DNA from: Callorhinchus milii
Lineage: Eukaryota
Assembly (NCBI RefSeq): GCF_018977255.1
Contig: NW_024704742.1
Span: 5,892,001-5,956,000, forward strand
DNA length: 64,000 bases
Direction: 5' to 3'
The notes below the pieces were generated by a model. It did no database searches. It was not told where the DNA came from and saw nothing but the letters and a program-made list of their open reading frames with translations. Each line of letters opens with the position of its first letter. Position 1 is the stretch's first letter. Below are positions 62,863-64,000 of this stretch, piece after piece. A program made the translations under genes and the position numbers.

Positions 62863-64000
62863 TAAGGTTGCATGACCTTCAGTAGATCTTTTGTTTTTTG
62901 GCTAATTTGAGTTATTGACATTTATCATTTTGAAAGCTGGCCCTGACAATTTTTGATTGACGGTTAAATTATGGCGTCATCATTGAAGACTTTTACCAAC
63001 AAATTACATTTTTGCTGTTTGTTGATATCATCTACATGGTGACCGAAAAGTAATGATGCCATTACAATGTCTAATATTACGGTCTTAAAGAAATGATCAT
63101 ATGTATTTTTTGGATAATAGGGTAGTTGAAAAATAAAACTTTTTGGCCATCCTGTATAATTGTTATAATTGGTCCTGGTGCCCTATCTGAATAGAGTTCC
63201 TGCTCCTGGCTTCGATCTAGAAATCATTGCAAGACAATTGCATGCTCGTTGGTGGTGTTAGGTGAGAACAGAATGTCTGTCAATGTCAAATAGTTTACTA
63301 ATTCCCTCTGTTGAGACTTTAATGCATTCATAAGCCTGTAAGAAAATTGCAGGCCTTGATTTTTATTGTGGAAACCTCAACCTTTTATAGTTACCCAACT
63401 TTTAATAACTTCAGTGAATATGCGCTCATATTGAACCATTCACCTGTACATCAACCTATCCTACACTCTCATTGGACTACCTGCTTGTCAGTAGAGTTTG
63501 CAAGTTGGACCATTTATCTGTGCTAAGAGCTTCCTGGGTATAGCTATAAAACAAGATAAATTATTGTTTCTTCTCCTTTTTCTCTCTCTCCCCCCTACCC
63601 CACCCCCCCCCCCATTCAAAAAGTGAATTAACCACATGTATCTGAATGTTGTGGTAATTTAGACCTCAAAACAAACTGTGCCTTAAAAAGTCCTAGGTGA
63701 TGCAACGCTGGAATTCTAACGTTGTGTCTACCACGGTTTAGTATGCTATTGTAGTTTATCACCACAATATAGATTGGAATCAGAGGTGCTGAGGGAAAGA
63801 CGTATGTTCTTACTGTTGTGTGGAACTTGAACTGGATAATATTTGAGCTTGTTTTCAAGTTGTACACATTTTATTGGAGAACCAAAAAAGTTTTTATATT
63901 TTAGTTAATCGTTCACGCTATTTAATTTTGCATATAAAATCTACAGTCAATTCACTTCACATTATATCCTGTGAAGCGCTTTGAAATGTCTCAAAGACAC

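Overview
Repeat-rich vertebrate genomic DNA. It is probably from a cartilaginous fish (holocephalan/elephant-shark-like); this is inferred from the tRNA/Deu-domain SINEs and the CR1, L2 and RTE LINE debris, not proven. Three spliced protein-coding genes could be reconstructed by hand. (1) A complete paladin (PALD1)-like dual-PTP-domain gene on the minus strand: 19 coding exons, 3134..29732, 2586 nt, 861 aa. (2) REST/NRSF on the minus strand: 3 coding exons, 40997..52629, 899 aa, 9 C2H2 zinc fingers, about 4 kb of 3' UTR and a CpG-island promoter. (3) The first three coding exons of an SKP1-like gene on the plus strand (from 60603), head-to-head with REST. The most interesting observations are: a candidate 50-nt neural poison exon (REST4 exon-N-like, with a UGC motif upstream) in REST intron 3; a 671-bp tandem duplication that leaves a donor-less decoy copy of paladin exon 4; the paladin-like/REST/SKP1-like gene order, which suggests retained 2R paralogues; and REST, a substrate of SCF-betaTrCP, lying divergently next to an SCF core subunit. 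No prokaryotic-type systems are present.
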